Notes under the pieces: generated by a model | Database searches by the model: none | Seen by the model: the letters and a program-made list of their open reading frames with translations, nothing else | What the model was told of the DNA's origin: nothing | Made by a program: the position numbers and the translations under genes | Source: an uncultured virus (IMG/VR IMGVR_UViG_3300020048_000028) | Lineage: Duplodnaviria; Heunggongvirae; Uroviricota; Caudoviricetes | Virus record (IMG/VR): IMGVR_UViG_3300020048_000028 | Strand: one strand, 5' to 3' | DNA: 64,000 nt | Part shown: positions 63,335 through 64,000 of the stretch, piece after piece | How positions within the stretch are numbered: position 1 is the stretch's first letter | How the letters are laid out: each line of letters begins with the position of its first letter

Positions 63335-63818
63335 AATAATAAATGATAATTTTTACAAATGGTTTGATAGCTCTAAGGCTATTGATGGTAATGGAAAGTA
63401 TCAAATATATTATCATAAAAGTAGGTCTAAAGAATTATTTGAAGTTTTTAAAAGTAATGAAGTAGATAAAAATGTATATAACGATTCTTGTTATGGTTTT
63501 TACTTTGTAGCTGATTATCACAAATCTCATGTCGAATATATGGGAGATGGCGTTGAATATTATGTTTTTCTGAATTATAAAAAGCCGTTCTACGTTTACG
63601 ATAATGGATTGGGCGAGATAAAAGATATGGAGGGTAATTTATATCCCTATTTGGATATAAATAAAACCTTTTGCGAAAATTTAGAGTTAAAGGGTTATGA
63701 TGCTATTATTATAGAGTGCCATAGATATTACACTCAATATGTAGTTTTTCATAGTCATCAAATTAAGAGCATAGATAACAATGGAGATTATTCCGAAAAT
63801 TTAAACATATTCAAGTAA
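63315..63818 (+). CDS. stand-alone ART-like domain (same family as the polyvalent modules)
   Basis: FYKWF...G...YYH...GFYF...FLN...P...GYDAI...VVF...QIKS. Confidence 0.7.
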   Translation: MMQVFPKIINDNFYKWFDSSKAIDGNGKYQIYYHKSRSKELFEVFKSNEVDKNVYNDSCYGFYFVADYHKSHVEYMGDGVEYYVFLNYKKPFYVYDNGLGEIKDMEGNLYPYLDINKTFCENLELKGYDAIIIECHRYYTQYVVFHSHQIKSIDNNGDYSENLNIFK

Positions 63819-64000
63819 TGAAACTATCAATATTAATTTTATCCATTACGGACAGAGCAGAACAGCTTAAAAAACTTACTGATGAATTAGATATTCAAAT
63901 TGAATTGTATAATTTAAAAGATTCCGTTGAGGTATTGACTGAAATTGATAACAAAGAAAAAACAATAGGGGAAAAAAGAAATATCATTAAGGCAAAAGCT
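63818..64000 (+). CDS. GT2-like glycosyltransferase, partial (paralog of 61444)
   Basis: MKLSILILSITDR...KEKTIGEKRN runs off the window edge. Confidence 0.75.
   Translation, partial: MKLSILILSITDRAEQLKKLTDELDIQIELYNLKDSVEVLTEIDNKEKTIGEKRNIIKAKA

Noticed and set aside
1..64000. Alternative genetic code, or a eukaryotic giant-virus origin
   Set aside because: Code 11 gives dense, uninterrupted ORFs up to 2394 aa; operonic coupling, intrinsic terminators, bacterial SSB/XRE genes and TAnnTTTG boxes point to a bacterial host

Overview
Very AT-rich, gene-dense 64-kb segment that is almost entirely + strand. It looks like part of a large dsDNA virus (jumbo phage or possibly a tailless virus) of a Bacteroidota host. 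Support: TAnnTTTG -7 promoter boxes at operon starts, A-rich translation starts without Shine-Dalgarno sites, and overlapping stop/start codons. No terminase, portal, major capsid protein, rRNA, tRNA or CRISPR was recognised. Layout: (1) 1-13 kb holds small accessory and replication genes (DNA MTase, SSBs, DnaQ-like exonuclease, SET, MazG-like, XRE-HTH, glycosyltransferase), two 4+4 arrays of 21-bp repeats and a four-unit integron-like cassette array. (2) 14-34 kb holds giant modular 'polyvalent' proteins (topoisomerase IB, many ADP-ribosyltransferase-like modules, GNAT, Nudix, hemerythrin), SOD and a tnpB element. (3) 34-56 kb holds a vWA/MoxR/HEXXH triad, a degenerate MTase plus a 2394-aa SF2 helicase, basic and low-complexity proteins, and an A32/FtsK-HerA-like ATPase. 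(4) 57-64 kb holds a glycosyl/methyl/sulfo-transferase cluster and a candidate structured RNA. Best novelty candidates: a [YF]xxGG motif at about 25 domain junctions plus a shared ~35-aa tag, suggesting a cleavable and addressable polyprotein cargo system; and a cassette array whose geometry looks like an inverted integron. All assignments come from reading motifs by eye; no database searches were run.
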